From Bacteroidales bacterium (GTDB lineage: Bacteria > Bacteroidota > Bacteroidia > Bacteroidales > WCHB1-69), in NCBI GenBank assembly GCA_038240835.1, contig JBBRGJ010000003.1:1-52400 (forward strand): DNA of 52,400 bases, written 5' to 3'. Within the stretch, counting starts at the first letter, position 1, and each line of letters opens with the position of its first letter. The notes beneath the pieces are model-generated. The model was not told the DNA's origin and ran no database searches. It worked only from the letters and a program-made list of their open reading frames with translations. Made by a program: the position numbers and the translations under genes. Shown here piece by piece: positions 19,197 to 27,771 of the stretch.

Positions 19197-20018
19197 TTAA
19201 TACTGCTCACTTTCGTTTGGAAAGTCTTGCTTTTTCACATCTACAATGTATGATTCCACTGAATTAATAATTTCTTCACTTAAGTTGTGGTATCTTCTCA
19301 AAAAACGTGGTGAAAACTGTTGAGTCATCCCCAACATATCGTGCAATACCAATACTTGACCATCAACTCCACCACCAGCGCCAATTCCAATAATAGGAAT
19401 GGAGACTTTTTTGGCGACTTCCGTGGCCAATTTTGCTGGAATTTTTTCTAATACAATGGCAAAACAACCTGCCTGTTCCAACAGAAGAGCATCTTCGATA
19501 AGTTTTGCAGCTTCCGTCTCATCAGTTGCTCTAACTGCGTAAGTTCCGAACTTATTAATCGACTGAGGAGTGAGTCCCAAGTGCCCCATTACAGGAATAC
19601 CAGCGGTTAAAATCCGATTCACGGATTCGATAATTTCAGCTCCACCTTCAATTTTCACAGCATCGGCACCCGACTCTTTCATGATCCGAATGGCAGAGCT
19701 CAACGCCTCCTTAGAATTCCCTTGATAGGTTCCAAAAGGCAAATCAACCACAACAAAAGCATGTTTTACGCCCCTAACCACCGAAGAAGCATGATAAATC
19801 ATCTCGTTTAACGTGATTGGCAACGTGGTACGATGACCAGCCATTACATTAGAGGCGGAGTCGCCTACCAAAATAACATCAATGTTTGCCATGTCTAAAA
19901 GTGTTGCCATAGAGAAGTCGTATGCCGTTAGCATCGCGATCTTTTCGCCGTGCTCTTTCATTCTTTTTAATACATGGGTGGTAACCTTGTTTGCCGATTG
20001 TGATATGTGTACTGACAT
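19197..20018 (-). CDS. panB: 3-methyl-2-oxobutanoate hydroxymethyltransferase
   Basis: [38 protein letters not shown]. Confidence 0.97.
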   Translation of the reverse strand: MSVHISQSANKVTTHVLKRMKEHGEKIAMLTAYDFSMATLLDMANIDVILVGDSASNVMAGHRTTLPITLNEMIYHASSVVRGVKHAFVVVDLPFGTYQGNSKEALSSAIRIMKESGADAVKIEGGAEIIESVNRILTAGIPVMGHLGLTPQSINKFGTYAVRATDETEAAKLIEDALLLEQAGCFAIVLEKIPAKLATEVAKKVSIPIIGIGAGGGVDGQVLVLHDMLGMTQQFSPRFLRRYHNLSEEIINSVESYIVDVKKQDFPNESEQY

Positions 20019-20038
20019 CTGTTTCTGTTTTTAAAATG

Positions 20039-20046
20039 CAAAGGTA
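20039..20046 (-). promoter_or_regulatory. Bacteroidota -7 box (TACCTTTG) for panB
   Basis: TAnnTTTG about 20 nt upstream of panB. Confidence 0.55.
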
Positions 20047-20057
20047 ATTCTTTTTAT

Positions 20058-20223
20058 AGAAGGAAGGAACAAGAAGTAAGAATTATGAAGAAAGAATACA
20101 GAAGTAAGAAGCAAGAATACAGAATTAAGAAGTAAGAAGCCTTAGTGGTGAAAAAACGTGAAAAGACATCTCGTGAAAGGGGGAAGAAGGAAGTAAGAAT
20201 ACAGAAGCAAGAAGTAAGAAGAA
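20058..20223. repeat. Degenerate heptamer tandem arrays (consensus AGAAGTA/AGAATAC), 12 + 6 units
   Basis: Strict 7-nt phase at 20058-20141 and 20182-20223. Confidence 0.85.
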
Positions 20224-20235
20224 CCAAGTCGGAAA

Positions 20236-21033
20236 CTACTCTTTTTCTCTTCTTTTACGGTATAAATCATACGAGTATGTGACCATGATGATGGTGATAA
20301 AAACGCCGATTAAGGTTTGAAGGGCAACTAAGAAACGAATAAACGTTGAGTTTGGCAGCATATCTCCATACCCTACCGTTGCTTGCGTGATGGTGCTAAA
20401 ATAGAAAAAATCGATAAAATTCCATCTTAAGTAATCCGCAGATTTAATATTTTTCAACTCAGTCACATTATCTTGCATTCTGACGTCTATAATTTTCAGC
20501 CCAATGGTTTCGGGTTTATCAAAATCAGAACTGGCTGTTTTCAGATGTACTTCATTCTCAAAAAATGGGTCAGAAGCTCCCCGTTTAAAAATTAAAACAT
20601 TGTGTATCAACAATTCGCTCTTATTATCATTTTTCAAAGCACGTTTGTTTATTGCCAGTTCCACATTCAACTCATTCATGTGCCAGAGCAGAAATATAAA
20701 CTTATAATCGCTATATAAACTATCAATTTTCACCCCCGAAGTCTTTGTCAATCTTTGGTTGATGTTTTTCAATAGCAAAAACTCTTTTTCTAAATTATGA
20801 ATTAAAGTACTGTCCTCTCTTATTTGACTGCTCAATTTAGATTGATGGACATCTTTGGCAAAGACAAACGAAGAGGGATTGGTTTCGTAACTAAGATTAT
20901 AAAAAACAGCAAATACTAAAATAATAATCAAATAGACATAGAAAACCCACCTAAGGCGAAAATTGCGGTTTTGAATCGATTTTGAAAATAAATCTGAATA
21001 GTAAGCTGAAATTAACTTAAGAGCACGAATCAT
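20236..21033 (-). CDS. Potassium channel family protein (2-TM, Ion_trans_2)
   Basis: Pore helix and filter FYFSTITQATVGYGDMLP; flanking TM helices. Confidence 0.85.
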   Translation of the reverse strand: MIRALKLISAYYSDLFSKSIQNRNFRLRWVFYVYLIIILVFAVFYNLSYETNPSSFVFAKDVHQSKLSSQIREDSTLIHNLEKEFLLLKNINQRLTKTSGVKIDSLYSDYKFIFLLWHMNELNVELAINKRALKNDNKSELLIHNVLIFKRGASDPFFENEVHLKTASSDFDKPETIGLKIIDVRMQDNVTELKNIKSADYLRWNFIDFFYFSTITQATVGYGDMLPNSTFIRFLVALQTLIGVFITIIMVTYSYDLYRKRREKE

Positions 21034-21055
21034 AAATAAAACAATTATTATTTTG

Positions 21056-21099
21056 CAAAAGTAATCATTTGCGAGAATAAAATATTAATATTAACTTTG
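21056..21099. promoter_or_regulatory. Divergent -7 boxes: TACTTTTG (minus, 21056-21063) and TAACTTTG (plus, 21092-21099)
   Basis: Two back-to-back TAnnTTTG boxes between the divergent channel and PMM genes. Confidence 0.55.
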
Positions 21100-21172
21100 T
21101 ACGTTACAAAATAAATGTATATTTGAATATATTTAGAAATTAAAAAAGATTAGAAACTTATACATCATTACT

Positions 21173-22519
21173 ATGAGTGCATTTAAAGCATACGACATCA
21201 GAGGCGTTTACAACAAGGACTTCAACAAAGAGGATGTTTATCGAATTGGGTTTTTTATTCCTCAACTATTAAAAACAAACAAAGTACTGGTTGGCAGGGA
21301 TGTACGGATTTCGTCTCCCGAGATTTTTGAACATTTAGTCCGTGGCATCAACGATGCAGGTGCAGATGTTTACGATCTTGGAATTTCAACCACCCCGATG
21401 GTTTATTATTTTACCGCCAAGCACAATTTTTCAGCATCCGTTCAAATCACCGCTTCGCATAATCCAAAGGAGTACAATGGATTAAAAGTCTCTCGCGAAA
21501 GCGCCTTGCCTGTGGGATTTGATACAGGATTAGGAGAGTTGCAAAAATTAGTGGAAAATAAATCTGAAATAATCCCCGTTGCAAACAGAGGTAAAGTCGT
21601 GGAATATCATGTGATACAAGAGTACATTGATTTTCAGAAAACTTACCTCAAAGATATTTCAAACCTAAACATCGCCATCGATTGCTCCAACGGAATGGGC
21701 GCATTATTGGCTGTGGATATTTATGGAACGAATCCTCATTATATTTACGATGAGTTGGATGGCACTTTTCCAAACCACGAGCCCAATCCTCTTGAAGAAG
21801 AAAATGTAGAGGATTTAAAACATCTTGTACTGAAAGAAAAATGTGATGTGGGTGTAATTTTCGATGGGGATGCAGACAGAGTCATGTTTGTAGATAATTT
21901 GGGGCGTTTCATTCGTCCAGATTTGATGATTGCCGTTTTGGCTGAGTATTTCATCAAAGAAAAAGGGCTATCTGGAAATGTATTACAAGACATCCGGACT
22001 TCAAAATCTGTCAGCGAATATATTACCAAATTAGGTTGCACTATGCACATGTGGCGTGTTGGACGTGCTTATGCGGCACTTAAACTACGAGAAATTGACG
22101 GTATATTTGGAGGCGAATTGGCTGGACATTACTACTTTAAAGATTTCTACTACTCAGATTCTGGCATCTTGGCAGCCACTCTAATTTTGGGCATTGTTGC
22201 AGATTTAAAAAGAGGAAACAAAACGTTCTCTGGACTCATTAACGAAATAAACACCTATGCAAATTCAGGAGAAATAAACTTTAAAATCAACCAAAAAGCG
22301 GAAGCGATGGAAGCCATTCGGGAATATTTCACCTCTCAAGAACCTACGGTTGCCTTTTTTGATTTTGATGGCTATCGAATTGAGTTTAAAGATTGGTGGT
22401 TCAACATCCGTCCCTCCAATACAGAACCATATTTGAGATTTATAGCAGAAGCTAAATCGGAAACCTTATTGGCCGAAAAAGTCGCAAAAGCTGAGAGCAT
22501 TATTCGAAAATTTGACTAA
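21173..22519 (+). CDS. Phosphomannomutase/phosphoglucomutase
   Basis: FKAYDIRG, ITASHNP (phosphoserine), FDGDADR (metal loop), GELAGH, RPSNTEP. Confidence 0.95.
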   Translation: MSAFKAYDIRGVYNKDFNKEDVYRIGFFIPQLLKTNKVLVGRDVRISSPEIFEHLVRGINDAGADVYDLGISTTPMVYYFTAKHNFSASVQITASHNPKEYNGLKVSRESALPVGFDTGLGELQKLVENKSEIIPVANRGKVVEYHVIQEYIDFQKTYLKDISNLNIAIDCSNGMGALLAVDIYGTNPHYIYDELDGTFPNHEPNPLEEENVEDLKHLVLKEKCDVGVIFDGDADRVMFVDNLGRFIRPDLMIAVLAEYFIKEKGLSGNVLQDIRTSKSVSEYITKLGCTMHMWRVGRAYAALKLREIDGIFGGELAGHYYFKDFYYSDSGILAATLILGIVADLKRGNKTFSGLINEINTYANSGEINFKINQKAEAMEAIREYFTSQEPTVAFFDFDGYRIEFKDWWFNIRPSNTEPYLRFIAEAKSETLLAEKVAKAESIIRKFD

Positions 22520-22559
22520 TTACGAACTATACAGAAGAAGTGATTTTTAAAAAAAGGAA

Positions 22560-22998
22560 CTACCAATGACAGATTTTAAAAAACACTTCTTCTTTTTTCT
22601 ACTTTTCGAGTCTTCCTGTCCCGATTGCTATCGGGATTATCGAAGGACTTTAAAAAGTTCTCACTTTAATACTTCGACAGGCTCAGTATGACCGTTAATA
22701 GAACACGACTACACTGTTTGTATTTAGTTGCAAATATTGGTAAATTTTCTCACTGTCATCAACCTTTTATTTGCAAAGTTTATTGGATAAAGTCTACCAA
22801 TGACAGAATTGGAATGTTGCTTCTTTTCTGGTCACCCTGAGTTTATCGAAGGGCTTTAAAAAGTTCTCACTTTAATACTTCGATTAACTCAGTATGACAT
22901 TCATTAAATCGTTAATGTTCAATATTTTAAGTTGCTAATACCGCTGAATTCTCCAACTGTAATCAATCCTTTTATTTACAAAGTTTTTTGGACAAAGT
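22560..22998. repeat. Diverged tandem duplication (234 + 205 bp), each unit carrying a CTGAG..TCGAAG / CTTCGA..CTCAG REP-like doublet
   Basis: Both units start CTACCAATGACAGA (22560, 22794), share CTTTAAAAAGTTCTCACTTTAATACTTCGA and end ...CAAAGTTT(A/T)TTGGA(T/C)AAAGT; doublets at 22610-22692 and 22831-22898. Confidence 0.85.
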
Positions 22999-23074
22999 TT
23001 CAGTATGACAATTTAATCGCAGCAGATTTAAGTACCAATAATAATAACAATTCGAAAAATAACAGTAAAATTCA

Positions 23075-24001
23075 ATGAAAAAGCACTTTCTGATTTCACT
23101 TTTCCTTATTATAACAGTGACCGCAGAAGGTGCTTTTACTCAACCCCCAATTCTTCCTGATTCGTTAAAATCTGAATACAATTCAACCCGAGTGAATGCG
23201 CTTATCATCGGAGGCGGAGCCCTATATGCAGGTTCGATGGCAGGACTTTATGGACTTTGGTACAAGGATTACCCACACTCTTCTTTTCATCTATTCAACG
23301 ATGACCAAGAGTGGCTTCAGATGGACAAAATGGGACATGCCGTCACCTCTTATTATCTTTCGCAAGTGGGTTTTAGCGCCTGTCGATGGGCTGGTGTTTC
23401 TCAAAAAAAAGCTGCTTGGTTGGGAGGTGCAACTGGTTTAGGCTATCTGACGGTAGTCGAAATCTTAGATGGTTTTTCCTCGGAATGGGGATTTTCTTTG
23501 GGAGATATGGCTGCCAATAGTGCAGGATCAATCCTGTTTACCAGTCAGCAATTACTTTGGAACGAGCAGCGTATTGGATTAAAATACTCTTATCACAACA
23601 CCATGGAGGCGAATTATCGTCCCGACTTGCTTGGAAGCAATAATTACGAACGTTGGCTAAAAAACTACAACGGGACCACCATCTGGCTTTCAGCAAACAT
23701 TGCCTCCTTCTTGTCCCCCGAAACTAAATTTCCAAAATGGATAAACATAGCGGCAGGATATGGAGCGCAAGGAATGTTGGGAGGAAATGAAAATCCAACC
23801 ACTTTTAAAAACCAACCACTCCCCGACCTCAAAAGGCAACGTCAATTTTACCTCTCTTTAGACATTGACTTGAGAAAAATAAACACACGATACAAAACGC
23901 TGAACACAATCATTCACGCATTCAACATCCTAAAAATCCCCATGCCCACCATTGAATTCAACCAAGGTGGGAAAACAAAAGGATATTGGTTGTATTTCTA
24001 A
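23075..24001 (+). CDS. DUF2279/YfiM-like secreted protein
   Basis: WLQMDKMGH, EILDGFS..WGFSLGDMAAN and KNYNGTTIWLS motifs; signal peptide. Confidence 0.75.
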   Translation: MKKHFLISLFLIITVTAEGAFTQPPILPDSLKSEYNSTRVNALIIGGGALYAGSMAGLYGLWYKDYPHSSFHLFNDDQEWLQMDKMGHAVTSYYLSQVGFSACRWAGVSQKKAAWLGGATGLGYLTVVEILDGFSSEWGFSLGDMAANSAGSILFTSQQLLWNEQRIGLKYSYHNTMEANYRPDLLGSNNYERWLKNYNGTTIWLSANIASFLSPETKFPKWINIAAGYGAQGMLGGNENPTTFKNQPLPDLKRQRQFYLSLDIDLRKINTRYKTLNTIIHAFNILKIPMPTIEFNQGGKTKGYWLYF

Positions 24002-24059
24002 TGCCGTGTGTTTAATCCTTTTCATGAATTTAAGGTGGAGTGGATAAAAAGAGTACTAT

Positions 24060-24671
24060 TTATTTTTTAAAATTATATCGTTTCTGATACCACTTATTCG
24101 CTTTATAGGTAAGGTATGCACAACCACTTCCGATGAGTGCGCCCATAAAAACATCCGAAGGATAATGAACGCCTAAGTACATACGAGAATAACCAATAGT
24201 GCCAGCCCACAAATACATGGGCGTAATTACGTACCATTTTGGATAACAAAGACTTATTGAGGTAGCTACCGAAAAAGCAGTAGAAGTATGTCCCGAAGGA
24301 AATGACGCTGAATTCTCAGTTGTAACGTTATCCAAAACAGGATAATCGAGGTAAGGACGTGGGCGATTAACGCTATATTTGAGTCCGAGAGCAACTCCCA
24401 ACCCAAAAGCAATGGAAGCACCCACCACTAAACCATTTCTAAGCGAAACAGAATCGTGGGCAAAACAACCATGCAACAAAAGAGCAGTTGGAGCAGCCAC
24501 CATCAGGGGATACACAGAATTGCTAATGCCCATAAAAAATGGATCCATCTGCTTGTTTCTATTCAAATTAATATCTTTCAATAAGTTGATATCCGCATTC
24601 TGAGCAGAAACAATTCCACCCTCAATAATAAAAAGTGAAACAAAAAAAAGTACAATTATTTTAATTTTCAT
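24060..24671 (-). CDS. PAP2-family phosphatase
   Basis: KYSVNRPRP, SFPSGH, SRMYLGVHYPSD. Confidence 0.92.
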   Translation of the reverse strand: MKIKIIVLFFVSLFIIEGGIVSAQNADINLLKDINLNRNKQMDPFFMGISNSVYPLMVAAPTALLLHGCFAHDSVSLRNGLVVGASIAFGLGVALGLKYSVNRPRPYLDYPVLDNVTTENSASFPSGHTSTAFSVATSISLCYPKWYVITPMYLWAGTIGYSRMYLGVHYPSDVFMGALIGSGCAYLTYKANKWYQKRYNFKK

Positions 24672-24700
24672 ATTTAAGTTTCTGTATTATCGGAGATTTT

Positions 24701-24763
24701 TTGGCTGTTGGTTTTTTGCTGTTGGCTGTTGGCTTTTGGCTGTTGGCTGTTGGCTGTTGGATT
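24701..24763. repeat. Heptamer tandem array (TTGGCTG) x9
   Basis: Nine in-phase units between fmt and the PAP2 gene. Confidence 0.9.
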
Positions 24764-24767
24764 ATCT

Positions 24768-25754
24768 TTAGACGAGCTTAGCTCTGTTAACTGTTAACTG
24801 ATCACTGCTAACTGTTAACTGACAACTGTCAAACCTAAACCCTCTCAAAAACTCTTCAATTCCCATTCTTTTCTTTCCCATCAATTGAATATCTTTGAGA
24901 ATAATCCAACCATCAAGGCAACTTATTTTTAATTCGTGTTTATAATCGGAGACAAATGTTCCTATGGCTTTATTGTGATTTACAATTTCTGTTTCGATGG
25001 AAAAAACCTTCATTGAAAGGGATTCCTCTTTATTCGAAAATTCAAAAAATGCAGCTGGATAAGGTGAAAGTCCTCTTACTTTGCAATCAATTTGTTCGCA
25101 AGTGAGGTGAAAATCAATTTTACAATCAGGTTTAAAAATCTTGGGAGCCATTTTCAAATCCGCAACATTGACATTTAATTGTTCGATGGGATTAATCTGA
25201 TTATTTTCAATCATTTGCAATGTTTCCAAGGCAATAATTTTTCCCTCTTCACAAAGTCTATCATGAAGAGAGCCAGCTGTTTCGGATGAATCTAACATCA
25301 CTTTTCTATTTGTGATAATAGCGCCAGCATCGATATCATGGTTTAACAAGAAGGTAGTCACACCCGACTCTTTCTCATTATTCATCACCGCCCAGTTGAT
25401 CGGAGCTGCGCCGCGATACTGAGGTAGAAGTGAAGCATGAACATTAAAAGTACCTTTTTTGGGCATTGTCCATACAACTTCTGGGAGCATTCTGAAGGCA
25501 ATCACCACAAACACATCTGCCTGATAACTTTGTAGTTGAGCAATAAATTCTGGATCTTTTAATTTTACAGGTTGCAAAACAGGAAGCCCATATTCAATGG
25601 CCACTTTTTTGACGGCCGATTCGTGGAGTTTCTGACCTCTACCTGCAGGTTTATCGGCCACAGTGACCACCGCGCCTACATCAGTTCCATTTTGAATCAG
25701 AAATTTCAATATTTCACCTGCAAATTCAGGCGTACCCATAAAAACAATTTTCAT
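24768..25754 (-). CDS. fmt: Methionyl-tRNA formyltransferase
   Basis: KIVFMGTPEF, DKPAGRG, NVHASLLPQYRGAAPINWA; start ATG 25754. Confidence 0.97.
   Translation of the reverse strand: MKIVFMGTPEFAGEILKFLIQNGTDVGAVVTVADKPAGRGQKLHESAVKKVAIEYGLPVLQPVKLKDPEFIAQLQSYQADVFVVIAFRMLPEVVWTMPKKGTFNVHASLLPQYRGAAPINWAVMNNEKESGVTTFLLNHDIDAGAIITNRKVMLDSSETAGSLHDRLCEEGKIIALETLQMIENNQINPIEQLNVNVADLKMAPKIFKPDCKIDFHLTCEQIDCKVRGLSPYPAAFFEFSNKEESLSMKVFSIETEIVNHNKAIGTFVSDYKHELKISCLDGWIILKDIQLMGKKRMGIEEFLRGFRFDSCQLTVSSDQLTVNRAKLV
24784..24832. repeat. Heptamer tandem array (CTGTTAA) x7 inside the fmt 3' end
   Basis: CTGTTAA CTGTTAA CTGATCA CTGCTAA CTGTTAA CTGACAA CTGTCAA. Confidence 0.85.
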
Positions 25755-25772
25755 ATCTCTTCTTTTATAGTG

Positions 25773-25780
25773 CAAAGATA
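25773..25780 (-). promoter_or_regulatory. Bacteroidota -7 box (TATCTTTG) for fmt
   Basis: TAnnTTTG about 19 nt upstream of ATG 25754. Confidence 0.55.
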
Positions 25781-25927
25781 AAAAAAAAGCAAGAAGAATA
25801 GGAAGAGAAATTTTAAATCACTGTTGACCGATAAACCAAACAAATAACAACAATATATTAAGATGTTGATATATTTAGATAATAATACAAACTAGGTTTG
25901 ATCTATGGTTAAATTATTTTCCTTTTC

Positions 25928-25977
25928 TGATTTTCAACACTTTTACCCCGCCCCCTAAAGGGTGGCGTTGAAAATCA
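25928..25977. repeat. Intergenic inverted repeat enclosing a CCCCTAAAGGG palindrome
   Basis: TGATTTTCAAC...GTTGAAAATCA around GCCCCCTAAAGGGTGGC. Confidence 0.5.
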
Positions 25978-26178
25978 AATAGTTATAACAGAACCCATTA
26001 TATAACTTTAGAAAAAAAGTGAAAAATAATAAAAAAATTATTAGACAAGCGTGTTTTTAAATCGGAATTAAAACTCCAAGTGACTTCGAGTGCATCAGTG
26101 CATCACAGCCAACTTCTTAGGTTTTAATATAAAAACCAATCAGAAAGAATAGTCATACAATTAGTCAAAGCTAATTCG

Positions 26179-27297
26179 TTAATTCTTCAATAGAACAATT
26201 TTGCGAACAATTTTTATGGAATCTGCTTTCAGAACTAATATATAAACTCCTTGAGGCAAATCGTCTGAGGTTAAAACCAATTCGTAATTTCCAGCTTTTT
26301 GGGACTCTTTGCACAATGTTTTTACTTCATTTCCTTTCAAATCCGTCAACACTAAAGAGACACTATCGTATGCTCGAGGGAGCAGGTAGGATATTTTAGT
26401 TTCATTTGCAAATGGATTGGGTGAAATATTACTCAACGAAATTCCTTCAACTGAGGGCAAAGTTGACACAGAAGTGGCGGTCAAATCAGGACTTCCGCCT
26501 TGTTTCCAAGCAGTATACAAAAGTTCGGCTAATGCGTGAGAAGCATTTTTGAGCAACATTACGGTAAAAGTTTTGGTTTGATTCCAAAGTTCAGCTTTGT
26601 AAGCAGTAGAAGTATAACTTGGATTAAGCGCTTTGGCAATATTATCGGCGATTAAAATTGAATCCACATATTTATTATTTTCATAGATATAATTAAAAAT
26701 ATAGGTGGGAACATCGGTAATTTCAGTCGCGGGAGAGCCTGTGTAGCTAATTTGTGAAATATATGCACCGATCATGGTTGATTCGTACCGAGAGTGAATT
26801 CCATTGTTTCCTGTGTCGTAACCATTATAATTTTTTGTGATATGCAAAGGCATGTGACCGTCGCCCACGTAATGTCCCAAGTCGGAAGCAAAAAACAAAG
26901 CCTTGTTTAAGTCACCGCGTTGGAAGCAACTTTTCAAAGAATCAAAAGCAGCAATAGTTGCCCATGGAAGAATTCCCCAACTGTAAATATTACTTTGTCC
27001 ATGGAGAGAAATCACGGTAGCTAAATCCTGAGAGATAAAACCATTTTGAACAAACTCGGGATAATAATCCACATCGATGTAATGCTTTGGGGACTCACTT
27101 TGATCGTCCGACTTACGTGCATCAGCGACAGAAGCACTATCTGCTAATTTCTGAGTCCACGCACTGAATGTGTTCATTTCTGTATTATAGGACAGTGATG
27201 CGCGATAGCTGATGTTGTAATGTCCAACCCAGCCCCAACTTGACACTATAATAATCAATAAAAGAGCTCCTATAAAAAGTCCAGATTTTTTCAACAT
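26179..27297 (-). CDS. S1/P1 nuclease / zinc-dependent phospholipase C family protein with T9SS C-terminal sorting domain
   Basis: Signal peptide then WGWVGH, HYID, HYVGDGHMPLH, IHSRYE zinc ligands; CTD ISPNPFA...LPQGVYIL...RKIVLLK. Confidence 0.85.
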   Translation of the reverse strand: MLKKSGLFIGALLLIIIVSSWGWVGHYNISYRASLSYNTEMNTFSAWTQKLADSASVADARKSDDQSESPKHYIDVDYYPEFVQNGFISQDLATVISLHGQSNIYSWGILPWATIAAFDSLKSCFQRGDLNKALFFASDLGHYVGDGHMPLHITKNYNGYDTGNNGIHSRYESTMIGAYISQISYTGSPATEITDVPTYIFNYIYENNKYVDSILIADNIAKALNPSYTSTAYKAELWNQTKTFTVMLLKNASHALAELLYTAWKQGGSPDLTATSVSTLPSVEGISLSNISPNPFANETKISYLLPRAYDSVSLVLTDLKGNEVKTLCKESQKAGNYELVLTSDDLPQGVYILVLKADSIKIVRKIVLLKN

Positions 27298-27333
27298 ATA
27301 TTTAAAGTTTCAATTGTTAATAAAAGAATTAAA

Positions 27334-27341
27334 CAAAGATA
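27334..27341 (-). promoter_or_regulatory. Bacteroidota -7 box (TATCTTTG) for the nuclease gene
   Basis: TAnnTTTG about 37 nt upstream of ATG 27297. Confidence 0.5.
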
Positions 27342-27380
27342 CTTTAAGTAATTTAATTTTAGATCGTTTAGCAATTAAAT

Positions 27381-27515
27381 AACATGATGAAGACCATTTT
27401 TAAAGTCCTAAGGTAGAACTTTTAAAATGGTCTTAAAGTGTTATTTTAAAAAAAATCTGAGTTTAAACTATTTAATTGGAGATTTTAGGAGGCGTATTCG
27501 ATGGCATTTTTTTAC
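27381..27515. repeat. Direct repeat copy 1 (135 bp): degenerate copy of the pyk 3' end and 3' UTR hairpin
   Basis: Aligns to 27947-28081 with about 5 substitutions and 2 homopolymer indels. Confidence 0.92.
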
Positions 27516-27578
27516 TTCGAAACAAAAAAAATCTAAATTAGTCAAATCACTATATTTAAACCTTCGTTTTTTCTTGTC

Positions 27579-27771
27579 TTACTTTTTGTCATTGCCACAA
27601 AAAGTAACAAAAAAGGCTAGGCGAAGCGATGCGCATCGCGCCCTGGCAAAAACACTAACAAAACTAATTCGGAGTAGTATCCGCAAAGTGGCGGATAAAC
27701 GTAAACGCCTCCGAAAGTGTTGTAACTCTTTTGCCATTCCCGCTGTGTCTTGCACTGCCGCTTCGCCATAG
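27579..27771. other. Non-coding multi-stem structured element (candidate ncRNA or non-autonomous mobile element)
   Basis: Hairpin 27579-27607 and nested stems 27620-28/27759-67, 27644-51/27729-36, 27651-56/27716-21, 27668-74/27709-15, 27678-84/27691-97; more GC-rich than its flanks. Confidence 0.6.

Noticed and set aside
20058-20223. Possible CRISPR or coding low-complexity region
   Set aside because: Period is 7 nt with no unique spacers and no credible ORF.
22560-23010. Possible CRISPR array
   Set aside because: Only two long diverged units with near-identical internal spacers; no regular repeat-spacer period and no cas genes.
26078-26112. CTTCGAGTGCATCAGTGCATCAC, possible REP half-site
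   Set aside because: Single, degenerate and without a partner arm; too weak to call.
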